Shown here: one piece after another, positions 1 to 9,370 of the stretch
Layout of the letters: each line of letters starts with the position of its first letter
How positions within the stretch are numbered: position 1 is the stretch's first letter
Assembly: GCF_018687755.1 (NCBI RefSeq)
Contig: NZ_CP061305.1
Span: forward strand, 1,539,551 to 1,571,550
DNA length: 32,000 nucleotides
Origin: Polynucleobacter sp. JS-Mosq-20-D10
Lineage (GTDB): Bacteria > Pseudomonadota > Gammaproteobacteria > Burkholderiales > Burkholderiaceae
Direction: 5' to 3'
Translations under genes and position numbers: made by a program
Notes under the pieces: generated by a model
The model's input: only the letters and a program-made list of their open reading frames with translations
The model's database searches: none
What the model was told of the DNA's origin: nothing

Positions 1-1
1 A

Positions 2-946
2 GCAGAAATTACTGTTGGTGGCTACCTTGGCGTTGATAAAGAATATGCCCTGTTTAATGCAATGACCCAAAGTGGCAAGCTTCCAGTTCGGGTGAGGGGC
101 TATATGTATTCAAATGCATACCCAACTACGAACAATAAGTACAAGCCAGGGCAAGGTGATGACACCTTTAAATTGATTGGCGTCAAAATTGTGGCTGATG
201 GCTCCAACCAAGGTTTGACAGGTGCCATGAGTAGGCCGTATGACTACCCAGCCGGTACAAGCAATACGGGCACCCTCAACTTCACTGAGCAAGAACTTTA
301 TGATCTTGCAAAACCCAGATTTGATGAGGGCTGGCAACTCTCCGTTCACTCAAATGGCGATAAGTCGATTGAGCAGACTTTGAATGTTTTTGCGAAGTTA
401 GTCACAAAACCAGCCGATGCTAAAACCAGATTAAGGATTGAGCACTTTACTGTACCAACTGAAGCGCAGATTGATAAAGCAGCAAAGCTTGGGGTTGTTC
501 CCGGCTTTACCATTGGACATACCGACTACTGGGGTGAGGCGTTTCATGACCACCTCTTGGGAGCCGAACGAGCAGATCGAATTGATCCCAGCGCCAGCTT
601 AATTAAAAGAGGTATGCGTTTTGCATACCATAGCGACTCTCCTGTCTCACCGATTCATCCACTCAAGTACGCCTCCGAAGGTGCTGCTCGCTTATGGCAA
701 GTCTCACCCCAAAAGGTGCTGAATCCAAGCCAGAAGATTTCCATCAATAATGCTCTAAAAGCCATCACGATTGATGCAGCTTATCAGCTGAAAATGGATG
801 ACAAGATTGGATCGATTGAGGAAGGCAAATACGCTGACTTCGCTATCGTGAATCGGAATCCAATGAAAACGGATGCCTACAAAATTAGAGATATTGCAGT
901 GAATGAAACCTGGGTTAATGGAAGACAGGTATTTAAGAAACAGTAA
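2..946 (+). CDS. Amidohydrolase-family metal-dependent hydrolase (YtcJ / amidohydrolase-3 like), C-terminal part. The 5' end lies upstream of the window.
   Basis: The frame is open from base 2, with no stop before the ATG at 62 used by the ORF track, so the gene is truncated by the window edge. Family-typical C-terminal motifs are present: HSDSPVSP and EEGKYADFAIV. Confidence 0.7.
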   Translation, partial: AEITVGGYLGVDKEYALFNAMTQSGKLPVRVRGYMYSNAYPTTNNKYKPGQGDDTFKLIGVKIVADGSNQGLTGAMSRPYDYPAGTSNTGTLNFTEQELYDLAKPRFDEGWQLSVHSNGDKSIEQTLNVFAKLVTKPADAKTRLRIEHFTVPTEAQIDKAAKLGVVPGFTIGHTDYWGEAFHDHLLGAERADRIDPSASLIKRGMRFAYHSDSPVSPIHPLKYASEGAARLWQVSPQKVLNPSQKISINNALKAITIDAAYQLKMDDKIGSIEEGKYADFAIVNRNPMKTDAYKIRDIAVNETWVNGRQVFKKQ

Positions 947-970
947 AAAATTTCATCTATCTTTTATAAG

Positions 971-994
971 AAAAACCACCCTAGGGTGGTTTTT
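971..994. terminator. Bidirectional intrinsic terminator between the convergent amidohydrolase and TRAP-SBP genes
   Basis: Perfect 10-bp inverted repeat AAAAACCACC / GGTGGTTTTT with a CTAG loop. The GC core is flanked by an A-run and a T-run, so it reads as hairpin plus U-tract on both strands. Confidence 0.75.
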
Positions 995-1034
995 CTGTAT
1001 CTGCAGCTAAAGTTTTGCACTCACAGATTCGACT

Positions 1035-2117
1035 CTAAAGCTTCTTAGCAAAACTGTATTGGGAGAACGCTTGCTCGGCAACATTGAACCACTGCGCTTC
1101 CATGTTTCTGAACACTCGATAGTCTTCGAAGATTTTCTTGAATTGGGGATTCTTGGCGGACTCTTCGGCATAGGTTTCTTGACTTGCCTTAAAGCAGGCA
1201 TCCATCACAGAGGTATTGAACTTACGCAATACCGCGCCGCCTTGGACTAAACGCTGTAGCGCTGGTGGATTTAAGGCATCGTACTTGGCGCACATATCAA
1301 CATGTGCCTCAAAGCAAGCAGCTTCCCATGCTGCCTGATATGAAGGTGGCAATGAATCCCATTGCTTCTTATTCACCAGGAATGAAAGCCCAGCCGCACC
1401 TTCCCAAAATGCAGGGTAGTAATAGTTTTTAGCCACTTTAGCTAAACCCAACTTCTCATCATCATAGGGGCCAACAAATTCAGCGGCATCAATCGTGCCT
1501 TTTTCTAGTGCTGAGTAAATTTCACCAGCAGGTAGCTGTTGTGGCACCACACCTAACTTTGTAAGCACTTGCCCTGCAAAACCAGCGATACGGAATTTGA
1601 GTCCTTTGAGATCTTCAGGAGATTTAATTTCTTTACGAAACCAACCGCCCATCTGAGTACCAGTTTGTCCGCCTAAGAAATTAACGATGTTGTAGCTAGC
1701 GTAGAGCTCACGCATCAGCTTCATACCATTGCCGTGCAACATCCAGGCAGTTTGCTGGCGTGCTGTCATACCAAAAGGTGCTGCTGTATCAAAAATAAAT
1801 GCGCTATTTTTGCCTAAGTAGTAATAGCTGGCAGTATGGCCACACTCCACAGTGCCGTTTTGAACAGCATCCAATACTTGCAGGGCTGGAACGACTTCAC
1901 CAGCGGCAAATACTTTGACATTAAACTTACCATCAGTGGCTTTGCGCAAAGCGCTGGCAAATACTTCTGGGGTGCCAAATAAAGTATCTAAGGATTTCGG
2001 AAAGCTAGAGACCAAGCGCCAATTTAAAGTTGGCAAACTCTGTCCAATCGATGGTGCCGCCAATGCTGCTGCACCTGCACCGATAGTGGCTTTCTTTAAA
2101 AAGGAACGTCTTTGCAT
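1035..2117 (-). CDS. TRAP transporter solute-binding protein (DctP type, COG4663-like) with a twin-arginine signal peptide
   Basis: The N-terminus MQRRSFLKKATIGAGAAALAAP is Tat-like, and the rest resembles DctP-family periplasmic binding proteins. The ORF-track start at 2132 is TTG. I prefer the ATG at 2117 because GGAGG sits 8 nt upstream of it. No dctQ/dctM genes are adjacent. Confidence 0.8.
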   Translation of the reverse strand: MQRRSFLKKATIGAGAAALAAPSIGQSLPTLNWRLVSSFPKSLDTLFGTPEVFASALRKATDGKFNVKVFAAGEVVPALQVLDAVQNGTVECGHTASYYYLGKNSAFIFDTAAPFGMTARQQTAWMLHGNGMKLMRELYASYNIVNFLGGQTGTQMGGWFRKEIKSPEDLKGLKFRIAGFAGQVLTKLGVVPQQLPAGEIYSALEKGTIDAAEFVGPYDDEKLGLAKVAKNYYYPAFWEGAAGLSFLVNKKQWDSLPPSYQAAWEAACFEAHVDMCAKYDALNPPALQRLVQGGAVLRKFNTSVMDACFKASQETYAEESAKNPQFKKIFEDYRVFRNMEAQWFNVAEQAFSQYSFAKKL

Positions 2118-2182
2118 CGTCTTATCCTCCAAAATAGTTTTTTTCTGATTGATGTTCTCTGTATTTTTATGATGTTGTTGAT

Positions 2183-3529
2183 TTACTTTCCACCAACAGT
2201 CATTGACCCAATCAGGATGGAGCCTGTCTCCTTGGTACCTCGAATTAGTGTGTCACTACCAATCATCTGAATATCCATCAACATATCTCGCAGGTTACTG
2301 GCAATCGTAATGCCCTCAACCGGATATTGAATCTCGCCGTTCTCTACCCAGTAACCAAAGGCACCGCGAGAGTAATCACCAGTGACGTAGTTCACGCCCT
2401 GCCCCATGAGCTCAGTAACCAGCAGACCCGTACCCATTGCTTGTAAGAGCGCTGGTAGTCCGCCCTTTGGCGTCTTGCGACTTTGTAATGTCAAATGATG
2501 TGAGCCTCCGGCATTACCAGTAGTCTTCATTCCAAGTTTTCTAGCGGAATAAGTGGACAAGAAATAGCCTTGCAAAATCCCTTTTTCAACCACAGTTCTC
2601 GCCGAAGTCTTCACACCTTCTTCATCAAAAGGTACGCTTCCTGTCATTGCCTTGATGTGAGGGTTTTCAAAAAGGCTGACATGCTTTGGTAATACTTGCT
2701 TACCTAAGCTATCCAATAGAAAACTGGATCGACGATATAAAGCACCACCAGACACTGCTTGCACTAATCCGCCTAATAGACCAGCAGCCAAGGGGGCTTC
2801 GAAAATGACTGGGCAACGGCGAGTACTTAGCGATCTTGCCTTAAGACGTGAGAGTGCACGTTCTGCTGCATATTTACCAATTGCAGCCGGATCAGCCAAC
2901 TCCCCTGGAATACGTGAGCTGGAATACCAATCATCTCGCTGCATGAGTGACTTTTTGCCACCCTCATTTGCGATGGGTGCACAAGAAATATAGTGGCGTG
3001 AGAATGGGTAGCCACCCATAAATCCGTGACTGGTTCCCATCATAAAATGCGCATGATGTGCCGATACCGAGGCACCATCACTATTTTGAATTTGCTTACT
3101 CACCGCAAAGGCAGCGCCCTCAGCAGCGCGCGCAATATCGATTGCCGTTGCCGAGTCCAAATCCCACGGATGAAATAAATCGAGATCTAGCGGATGTTTT
3201 TCGAGAAGTTCTTTTTCAGCAGGACCAGCACACAGATCTTCCGCCGTATGTTGAGCAATATGATAAGCAGCCTCTACGGTCGCCTTTAAGGAATCCTTGG
3301 AGAAATCACTAGTGCTGGCATTACCTCGACGATGGCCTAAAAATACCGTTACGCCAACTTGTTTGTCTAAGCTTTGCTCAATCGTCTCGACCTCGCCTTT
3401 GCGAACGGTAACTGAGAGACCTTGGCCTTCAGAAACCTCGGCCACAGCATCCGAGGCACCCCGTCTTTTGGCTTCTGTGAGCATAAAATTGATGATTTCT
3501 TGAAACTGATTTGATGTGTGTGTAAACAT
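2183..3529 (-). CDS. pmbA: PmbA/TldE metalloprotease
   Basis: 448-aa product with PmbA/TldD-family similarity along its full length, for example VTELMGQGVNYVTGDYSRGAFGYWVENGEI near the C-terminus. ATG start. Confidence 0.85.
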   Translation of the reverse strand: MFTHTSNQFQEIINFMLTEAKRRGASDAVAEVSEGQGLSVTVRKGEVETIEQSLDKQVGVTVFLGHRRGNASTSDFSKDSLKATVEAAYHIAQHTAEDLCAGPAEKELLEKHPLDLDLFHPWDLDSATAIDIARAAEGAAFAVSKQIQNSDGASVSAHHAHFMMGTSHGFMGGYPFSRHYISCAPIANEGGKKSLMQRDDWYSSSRIPGELADPAAIGKYAAERALSRLKARSLSTRRCPVIFEAPLAAGLLGGLVQAVSGGALYRRSSFLLDSLGKQVLPKHVSLFENPHIKAMTGSVPFDEEGVKTSARTVVEKGILQGYFLSTYSARKLGMKTTGNAGGSHHLTLQSRKTPKGGLPALLQAMGTGLLVTELMGQGVNYVTGDYSRGAFGYWVENGEIQYPVEGITIASNLRDMLMDIQMIGSDTLIRGTKETGSILIGSMTVGGK

Positions 3530-3555
3530 GTCCTAATAATAGCTAGAATAGAAAC

Positions 3556-4179
3556 ATGAAGCATACCGAAGCTCGAAAAAGATCCTCCCCCAACGAAATC
3601 AAAATTGGCCTCATCTCCATCTCCGATAGAGCGAGTAAGGGCGTTTATACCGATGAGGGCATTCCTGCCCTGCAATTGTGGCTACAAACCGCCATTAGTA
3701 CCGCCTGCGTCTTTCATGAACGCCTGATTGCGGATGAGCGAGAGGTTATTACCGAAACGATCGTGGAGCTCACCGATGAGCTGGGCTGTGATTTAGTCCT
3801 CACCACAGGCGGCACAGGCCCTTCTCGCAGAGATGTCACCCCTGAGGCCACAAATGACGCTGGAACCCGGGAAATGCCTGGATTTAGCGAGCAAATGCGT
3901 CAAATTAGCCTGCGCTTTGTACCGACGGCGATTTTGTCACGTCAGACCGCAGTTTTACGAGAAATCGAGGGGCACACCGCCCTCATCATCAATCTGCCAG
4001 GTCAACCCAAATCCATCAAAGAAACCCTTGAAGGTTTGAAGGATGCCGAGGGTAAATCCATCGTTCCAGGTATCTTTGCTGCCGTCCCCTACTGTATCGA
4101 CCTCATCGGCGGCCCTTATATCGAGACCGACGAAACCATCGTAAAAGCTTTTAGACCCAAGAGTGCCATCAAGAAATAA
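3556..4179 (+). CDS. mog: Molybdopterin adenylyltransferase MogA
   Basis: IGLISISDRASKGVYTDEG and TTGGTGPSRRDVTPEAT are classic MogA/MoaB-fold motifs. The size (207 aa) fits. Confidence 0.85.
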   Translation: MKHTEARKRSSPNEIKIGLISISDRASKGVYTDEGIPALQLWLQTAISTACVFHERLIADEREVITETIVELTDELGCDLVLTTGGTGPSRRDVTPEATNDAGTREMPGFSEQMRQISLRFVPTAILSRQTAVLREIEGHTALIINLPGQPKSIKETLEGLKDAEGKSIVPGIFAAVPYCIDLIGGPYIETDETIVKAFRPKSAIKK

Positions 4180-4203
4180 GGTGAGCAATAGTTTGGGAGA
4201 ATG

Positions 4204-4233
4204 AGAAAAGGGTCTAGTAATAGACCCTTTTCT
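4204..4233. terminator. Bidirectional intrinsic terminator between convergent mog and orn
   Basis: Perfect 13-bp inverted repeat AGAAAAGGGTCTA / TAGACCCTTTTCT with a GTAA loop. The GGGTC core is followed by a T-rich run on either strand. Confidence 0.8.
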
Positions 4234-4251
4234 GATTACGGATGCTGTAAT

Positions 4252-4851
4252 TTATTCCGGCAAAGGCACGATGAACTTTTCTCGGTAGTACTTGAGTTCT
4301 TCAATAGATTCCTCAATATCGGCCAAGGCGGTATGCGCTTGCTTTTTGTTGAAACCCTTCACTAACTCAGGATGCCAACGCTTGCAGAGCTCCTTGAGTG
4401 TTGAAACGTCAATATTTCGATAATGAAAGAACGCTTCTAGTTTTGGCATGTACTTCGCCATAAAACGTCGATCCTGACCAATCGTATTGCCACACATTGG
4501 CGCGATACCAGGCTTAATGTATTGCTTCAGAAAAGTAATGCATTGAGCTTCAGCGGTGGCTTCATCCGTTGTTGAGGTCTTGACCTTGTCAATCAGGCCA
4601 GAGCGCCCGTGAGTGGCCTTATTCCAGGCATCCATGGCATCTAATAAGGCATCTTCCTGACGGATTACCCAAACCGGAGCGGTAGCGATGGTGTTTAGGT
4701 GCGCATCAGTCACGATCATAGCAATTTCTAAAATGCGCTCTTTTTCGGGGTCTAGGCCTGACATCTCCATATCCACCCAAATCAGATGCTCATTGGCTGG
4801 CGCCGCCTTTGGTGTTGAAATACTTGTTTTTTCACTCATATCTATAATCAT
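4252..4851 (-). CDS. orn: Oligoribonuclease
   Basis: DEDDh exonuclease motifs are present: [12 protein letters not shown], and [18 protein letters not shown] at the C-terminus. There are two in-frame ATGs, at 4851 and 4839, and the true start could be either. Confidence 0.9.
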   Translation of the reverse strand: MIIDMSEKTSISTPKAAPANEHLIWVDMEMSGLDPEKERILEIAMIVTDAHLNTIATAPVWVIRQEDALLDAMDAWNKATHGRSGLIDKVKTSTTDEATAEAQCITFLKQYIKPGIAPMCGNTIGQDRRFMAKYMPKLEAFFHYRNIDVSTLKELCKRWHPELVKGFNKKQAHTALADIEESIEELKYYREKFIVPLPE

Positions 4852-4854
4852 CTC

Positions 4855-6105
4855 ATGACATTCACAATTGTTTTTCTAATCGCCTTCATCGCCAGCTTTG
4901 GTCTACGCCACTGGTTATCCCAACGCCAAATTCGGCACGTCGCCATCAACCGCGATGTGGTGCCTGCTGAGTTTGCATCTCAGATCTCTTTGGCCGAACA
5001 TCAAAAGGCTGCCGACTACACGATCGCCAAACTGCGCCTGGGTATTTTAGAGAATGGCGTCAGTGCAATTATCCTAATCGGCTTCACGCTGTTGGGTGGT
5101 TTACAGATTTTAAATCTATCCCTTCTGCAGCTATTAGGTGAGGGCATTGCTCAGCAAATGGCTCTACTGATCTCCATCGTCTTGATCTCCGGAATTCTTG
5201 ACCTACCCTTCTCTTGGTACAAACAGTTTTACCTGGAAGAGCGCTTTGGCTTTAACCGCATGAATGCCAAACTCTTTTTTAGCGATATGGTCAAAGGCTT
5301 GGGTGTTGGTGGCGCGATTGGCGTCCCCCTCCTCTGGGTCATCCTCAGCCTAATGGCTCAAGCAGGTGACTTTTGGTGGCTGTGGGCTTGGGGTGTACTC
5401 ACTGTATTTAGTCTATTAATGCAGTGGATATTTCCGACCTTCATCGCACCGATCTTTAATAAGTTTCAAGCACTAGAAGAAGGGCCACTGAAAACTCAAA
5501 TTGAGGCCTTATTAAGTCGCTGTGATTTTGCCAGCCAAGGTTTATTTGTGATGGATGGTAGCAAGCGCAGTGCTCACGGCAATGCATTTTTTGCAGGCAT
5601 GGGCAAAGCGAAGCGCATTGTCTTTTTTGATACCTTGATTGAAAAGCTCAATCCCGGCGAAGTAGAGGCCGTCCTAGCTCATGAGCTTGGTCACTACAAG
5701 TGCAACCATATCCGGAAGCGTCTGCTAGTTTCCTTTGCCATGAGCTTTCTGACATTTGCACTCTTGGGGTGGATCAGTACCCAGCCATGGTTCTACAACG
5801 ATCTGGGTGTGATGCCCAACCTGAATGGCTATAACGGTGGTTTAGCTTTAGCACTCTTCATGCTCGTTGCACCAGTGTTTAGTTTCTTCCTGACGCCGCT
5901 ATCCAGCTTGGCATCACGCAAACACGAATATGAAGCAGATGGTTTTGCTGCAGATAAATCCTCTGCGAGTGATTTAATTTCTGCCTTAGTTAAGCTCTAT
6001 CAAGACAATGCGTCAACCCTAACACCCGATCCGATCTATACCGCTTTTTATAGCTCGCATCCACCTGCTCCATTGCGTATTGCCAATCTCAAGCGATTTA
6101 ACTAG
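4855..6105 (+). CDS. M48-family (Ste24/HtpX-like) zinc metallopeptidase, integral membrane
   Basis: HELGH zinc motif ([13 protein letters not shown]) and several hydrophobic helices in the N-terminal half; 416 aa. Confidence 0.85.
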   Translation: MTFTIVFLIAFIASFGLRHWLSQRQIRHVAINRDVVPAEFASQISLAEHQKAADYTIAKLRLGILENGVSAIILIGFTLLGGLQILNLSLLQLLGEGIAQQMALLISIVLISGILDLPFSWYKQFYLEERFGFNRMNAKLFFSDMVKGLGVGGAIGVPLLWVILSLMAQAGDFWWLWAWGVLTVFSLLMQWIFPTFIAPIFNKFQALEEGPLKTQIEALLSRCDFASQGLFVMDGSKRSAHGNAFFAGMGKAKRIVFFDTLIEKLNPGEVEAVLAHELGHYKCNHIRKRLLVSFAMSFLTFALLGWISTQPWFYNDLGVMPNLNGYNGGLALALFMLVAPVFSFFLTPLSSLASRKHEYEADGFAADKSSASDLISALVKLYQDNASTLTPDPIYTAFYSSHPPAPLRIANLKRFN

Positions 6106-6127
6106 GTAATTTGGAATTGTTTAATTA

Positions 6128-7141
6128 ATGGAACAATTTCATGCACTACTGACTGCCTCCTATGGAAGGCATTATTTAGCGCAGCGCTTAGTTCAAGACG
6201 GGCGTGGAAATGAATCCCCTGCCGGCGAATTGATTCAAGTTAGCACTCCGGCGAAACAGCACATTGGTGCCGTGGGTGATCGCATGTTGCTGGAGATGAC
6301 TTCGGTTGATCAAGCGCGGATTATTCGCATTGAGCCACGAGAAAATTTGCTCTATCGATCCGATGCCTTTAAAAGCAAACTCATTGCCTCTAATGTCGAT
6401 CAAATATTAGTTGTACTAGCTACGCAACCGGCTTTCTCGCCCGATCTTTTGGGAAGAGCGGTTGTTGCCGCAGAGACCAATCAAATTGGTTTGCATATCT
6501 TGCTGAACAAATGTGATCTTAAGGATAACTTGGAACATGCTCGCAAGATCATTGCGCCTTATGCTCGCATGGGATACCCCGTTACTGAAGTATCAGCCAA
6601 ATTTGATCAAGCCTCCATTGAAGCATTGCGTTATGCCATTTGTGGCAAAGTATCTGTGTTCGTAGGTCAATCTGGCATGGGTAAATCCAGCTTACTGAAT
6701 GCCTGGGTTCCTAATGCAGCAGCGATTACTCAAGAGTACTCAGTACGTTTGGATACCGGCAAACACACCACCACTGCTTGCCGCTACTTTGAACTGCCCG
6801 AGACTTGGGGACGCGATGCTAGCGGCAAATTAGGCGCTTTAATTGATTCGCCAGGCTTTCAGGAGTTTGGCTTGGCACACATGTCGGTTAGCGAGCTAGA
6901 GCATGCCTTTAGGGAGTTTCATGACCTGCTGGGCAAGTGCCGCTTTCATAACTGTGCGCACCAATCAGAGCCAGATTGTGCAATACGAGAAGCTGTCGAA
7001 AAAAATGAAATAGCTCCAGAAAGACTGGCGCTCTTTAGACAATTGCGTTCCGACTCAAAGACTGCCGATACGCAGATTCAGGGCATTAGCCAAGCCAAAG
7101 AGCGATGGTCAGCATTAGCAATAAAGCCATCCAAGCGATAA
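6128..7141 (+). CDS. rsgA: Ribosome small-subunit-dependent GTPase A
   Basis: Circularly permuted GTPase motifs (NKCDL upstream of the P-loop GQSGMGKSSLLN) and the C-terminal zinc finger CRFHNCAHQSEPDCAI. The last 56 nt overlap the convergent CobD-family gene. Confidence 0.88.
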   Translation: MEQFHALLTASYGRHYLAQRLVQDGRGNESPAGELIQVSTPAKQHIGAVGDRMLLEMTSVDQARIIRIEPRENLLYRSDAFKSKLIASNVDQILVVLATQPAFSPDLLGRAVVAAETNQIGLHILLNKCDLKDNLEHARKIIAPYARMGYPVTEVSAKFDQASIEALRYAICGKVSVFVGQSGMGKSSLLNAWVPNAAAITQEYSVRLDTGKHTTTACRYFELPETWGRDASGKLGALIDSPGFQEFGLAHMSVSELEHAFREFHDLLGKCRFHNCAHQSEPDCAIREAVEKNEIAPERLALFRQLRSDSKTADTQIQGISQAKERWSALAIKPSKR

Positions 7142-8045
7142 CTAAACGCCACACCAAGCCGACGGCGGAACGCATTGTGCGCTCATTTGGCTCTAGACCC
7201 ACTTCGTAAAAAACCGGCTCGCCAGCTTCGGCCATACGCAAAGCTTCATCGCTATCAGGCTCACTCATGGGCTCGCCTAAGCGAACACCTAAGGCACCAC
7301 TTCCAGATGCCAAGATCACTGCTGACAGAGAGTCAGACCATTTACCAGTCAGGTGACGCCACGCATAGACAGCGCCTTCGAAATTACCCACAATTGCAAA
7401 GCCCATTGCAGTGATGCGTGCAGGCACCCAATCCAATACATAGAAGAAATGGCGTGCTGACTCACTCAAATTAAAGTCGCCTTTTTCTGACCAGCGCTGA
7501 GCAGCAGTATCAGCTAAGCGATACAACACTACGCCTGCAGGACCCATGGGCATTAAGAACCAGAACAACACACCAAATACATGGTGATGTGAGCCAATGA
7601 TGGCACGCTCCAATGCAAGTGAAATCACTTCAGTCTCGGTGAGCTCAGAAGCATCTAATTCAGGGCCATACCACTCAGCTAGCACTAAGCGAGCTGCTGG
7701 CAAATCATGATTTGCAATTGCCTCATGCACTAGCGTGAAGGAATGACTAAATTGGCGAAATCCAAAAAATAGATAAGCAATGAATACGTTCCACAGGAAT
7801 CCCAAAATCGGGAAGGTCACCATGAAGACAACATACAACACGAAGACCAGGAATGTTGGCAGGATAAACGCCACCAAGCAGGCCATACGCGCACCCACAG
7901 GACTTGCACCTTGCTCAGTCTTTCCACCGAATTCACCAGCAACCCAATCAAGCCAGCGAGCGCTCATGCGAGCGATCCAATGGTTCGAGGTTACTGGGCG
8001 ATATTGCTCAGCAATGAGGGCGAAGAGGATAGAAAAGAAAGTCAT
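7086..8045 (-). CDS. CobD/CbiB-family (AmpE-like) integral membrane protein
   Basis: 319-aa multipass membrane protein. The N-terminus MTFFSILFALIAEQYRPV is typical of the CobD/CbiB/AmpE family. Its ATG overlaps the stop of the upstream Nudix gene (ATGA at 8042-8045). Confidence 0.6.
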   Translation of the reverse strand: MTFFSILFALIAEQYRPVTSNHWIARMSARWLDWVAGEFGGKTEQGASPVGARMACLVAFILPTFLVFVLYVVFMVTFPILGFLWNVFIAYLFFGFRQFSHSFTLVHEAIANHDLPAARLVLAEWYGPELDASELTETEVISLALERAIIGSHHHVFGVLFWFLMPMGPAGVVLYRLADTAAQRWSEKGDFNLSESARHFFYVLDWVPARITAMGFAIVGNFEGAVYAWRHLTGKWSDSLSAVILASGSGALGVRLGEPMSEPDSDEALRMAEAGEPVFYEVGLEPNERTMRSAVGLVWRLVIAWMALLLMLTIALWLG

Positions 8046-8779
8046 ACTTTTAATAAATGATAAAGGTTACGTAACATTCCAGCAGTAGCGCCCCAGATAA
8101 AACGATTCTCATAGGGTATTGAATAAAACCGACGACGACCCTGATCACTCTCCCAGACCCGTACTTGATGATTTGCAGGGTCCATTAAAAAATGTAAAGG
8201 CACCTCAAAAACATCCGCCACTTCAAATGCATCTAGTGCATATTCTGCCTGAGGTTTTGCCAAGCCCACAACCGGCGTCACACTATAGCCCGAAACCGTT
8301 AAATATTGAGGTAAATGGCCAATGATCTCAACCCCCTGCGGATTCAAACCAATTTCCTCTTCACTTTCTCGTAAAGCGGTGTGATTGGGATCGAAATCAC
8401 TCGGATCCATTCGTCCACCCGGGAAGCTAATCTGACCAGCATGGTCGTGCAAATGATCGGTTCTTTGGGTTAGCAACACAGAGAGCCCATCACTCTTTAG
8501 GAGTAAGGGGATTAACACGGCTGCCCGGGTCACCTTTCCAGCAGCCTGACGCTTGGAGATAATGTCTGCAGCAATAACGTGCCGATTCTCATCAGTAATC
8601 TCTGGCTGCCAAACAGGAGGATTCTGAAAGCGATGCTTCAGGCTGGATGGATCTAAATGATGAGCCATTACTTTGGGCTGATCCGTACAAACCTCATAAA
8701 TTGGAATCGCCTGCGCATCAAAATTCAATGGCGTAGCAATACTCAATTCCGTCTCTTGGGGTTTGAAATTCTTTGGCAT
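8042..8779 (-). CDS. Nudix hydrolase, CoA pyrophosphatase type (NudL-like)
   Basis: Nudix box GGRMDPSDFDPNHTALRESEEEIGL preceded by ISFPGG. The protein has an N-terminal extension, so the true start could be a downstream Met. Confidence 0.75.
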   Translation of the reverse strand: MPKNFKPQETELSIATPLNFDAQAIPIYEVCTDQPKVMAHHLDPSSLKHRFQNPPVWQPEITDENRHVIAADIISKRQAAGKVTRAAVLIPLLLKSDGLSVLLTQRTDHLHDHAGQISFPGGRMDPSDFDPNHTALRESEEEIGLNPQGVEIIGHLPQYLTVSGYSVTPVVGLAKPQAEYALDAFEVADVFEVPLHFLMDPANHQVRVWESDQGRRRFYSIPYENRFIWGATAGMLRNLYHLLKV

Positions 8780-8800
8780 CTGTTTTTATTTTAGGGCAAT

Positions 8801-8830
8801 AAAAAAGGCAGCCTAGGCCGCCTTCTTTTT
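8801..8830 (-). terminator. Intrinsic terminator after rplS
   Basis: The minus strand reads AAGGCGGC-CTAG-GCTGCCTT (one mismatch) followed by TTTTTTATT, 16 nt after the rplS stop. Confidence 0.7.
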
Positions 8831-8845
8831 AAATTAAAGCAAACC

Positions 8846-9244
8846 TTATTCCGCTGCTGTCTCAGCAACTGCCTTGACTTTGCGAGCAGGAAGTTTTTCT
8901 TTAATACGTGCAGACTTACCTGAACGATCACGCAAGTAGTACAGCTTCGCACGACGTACATCACCGCGACGCTTCACTTCAATGCTAGCGATCAATGGTG
9001 AGTAAGTTTGGAATGTACGCTCTACGCCTTCGCCAGATGAAATCTTGCGAACGATAAAACTGGAATTCAGTCCGCGATTGCGCTTTGCAATCACAACGCC
9101 TTCAAAGGCCTGGGTACGCTTACGTGTACCTTCAACTACGTTTACACCAACAACCACTGTGTCGCCAGGAGCGAAAGCAGGAAGTACTTTGTTAGCACTT
9201 AAGCGAGCAATTTCTTCTTGCTCAATTTTTTCGATCAAATTCAT
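8846..9244 (-). CDS. rplS: 50S ribosomal protein L19
   Basis: [11 protein letters not shown]...[11 protein letters not shown]...[15 protein letters not shown] is unmistakably L19. An AAGGA Shine-Dalgarno lies upstream. Confidence 0.95.
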   Translation of the reverse strand: MNLIEKIEQEEIARLSANKVLPAFAPGDTVVVGVNVVEGTRKRTQAFEGVVIAKRNRGLNSSFIVRKISSGEGVERTFQTYSPLIASIEVKRRGDVRRAKLYYLRDRSGKSARIKEKLPARKVKAVAETAAE

Positions 9245-9370
9245 TATTAATCCTTAAACATCTTGTCAGCGTTTAATCCCGAGACTTTCATCAACGGACC
9301 AGACAGAGGATGCAGTTAAAACCATTTCACTAAATCAAAACACAAACACTTCATTCAAAACCATAATTAC

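Noticed and set aside
2118-2132. ORF-track start positions at 2132 (TRAP SBP), 10129 (trmD) and 31002 (ihfB).
   Set aside because: All three are TTG codons. Downstream in-frame ATGs at 2117, 10117 and 30993 give canonical N-termini. The ATG at 2117 has a GGAGG SD. The TTG at 31002 sits immediately adjacent to the rpsA terminator U-tract. By contrast, the TTG start of ugd and the GTG start of hldA were kept, because they give the canonical N-termini and no upstream ATG exists.
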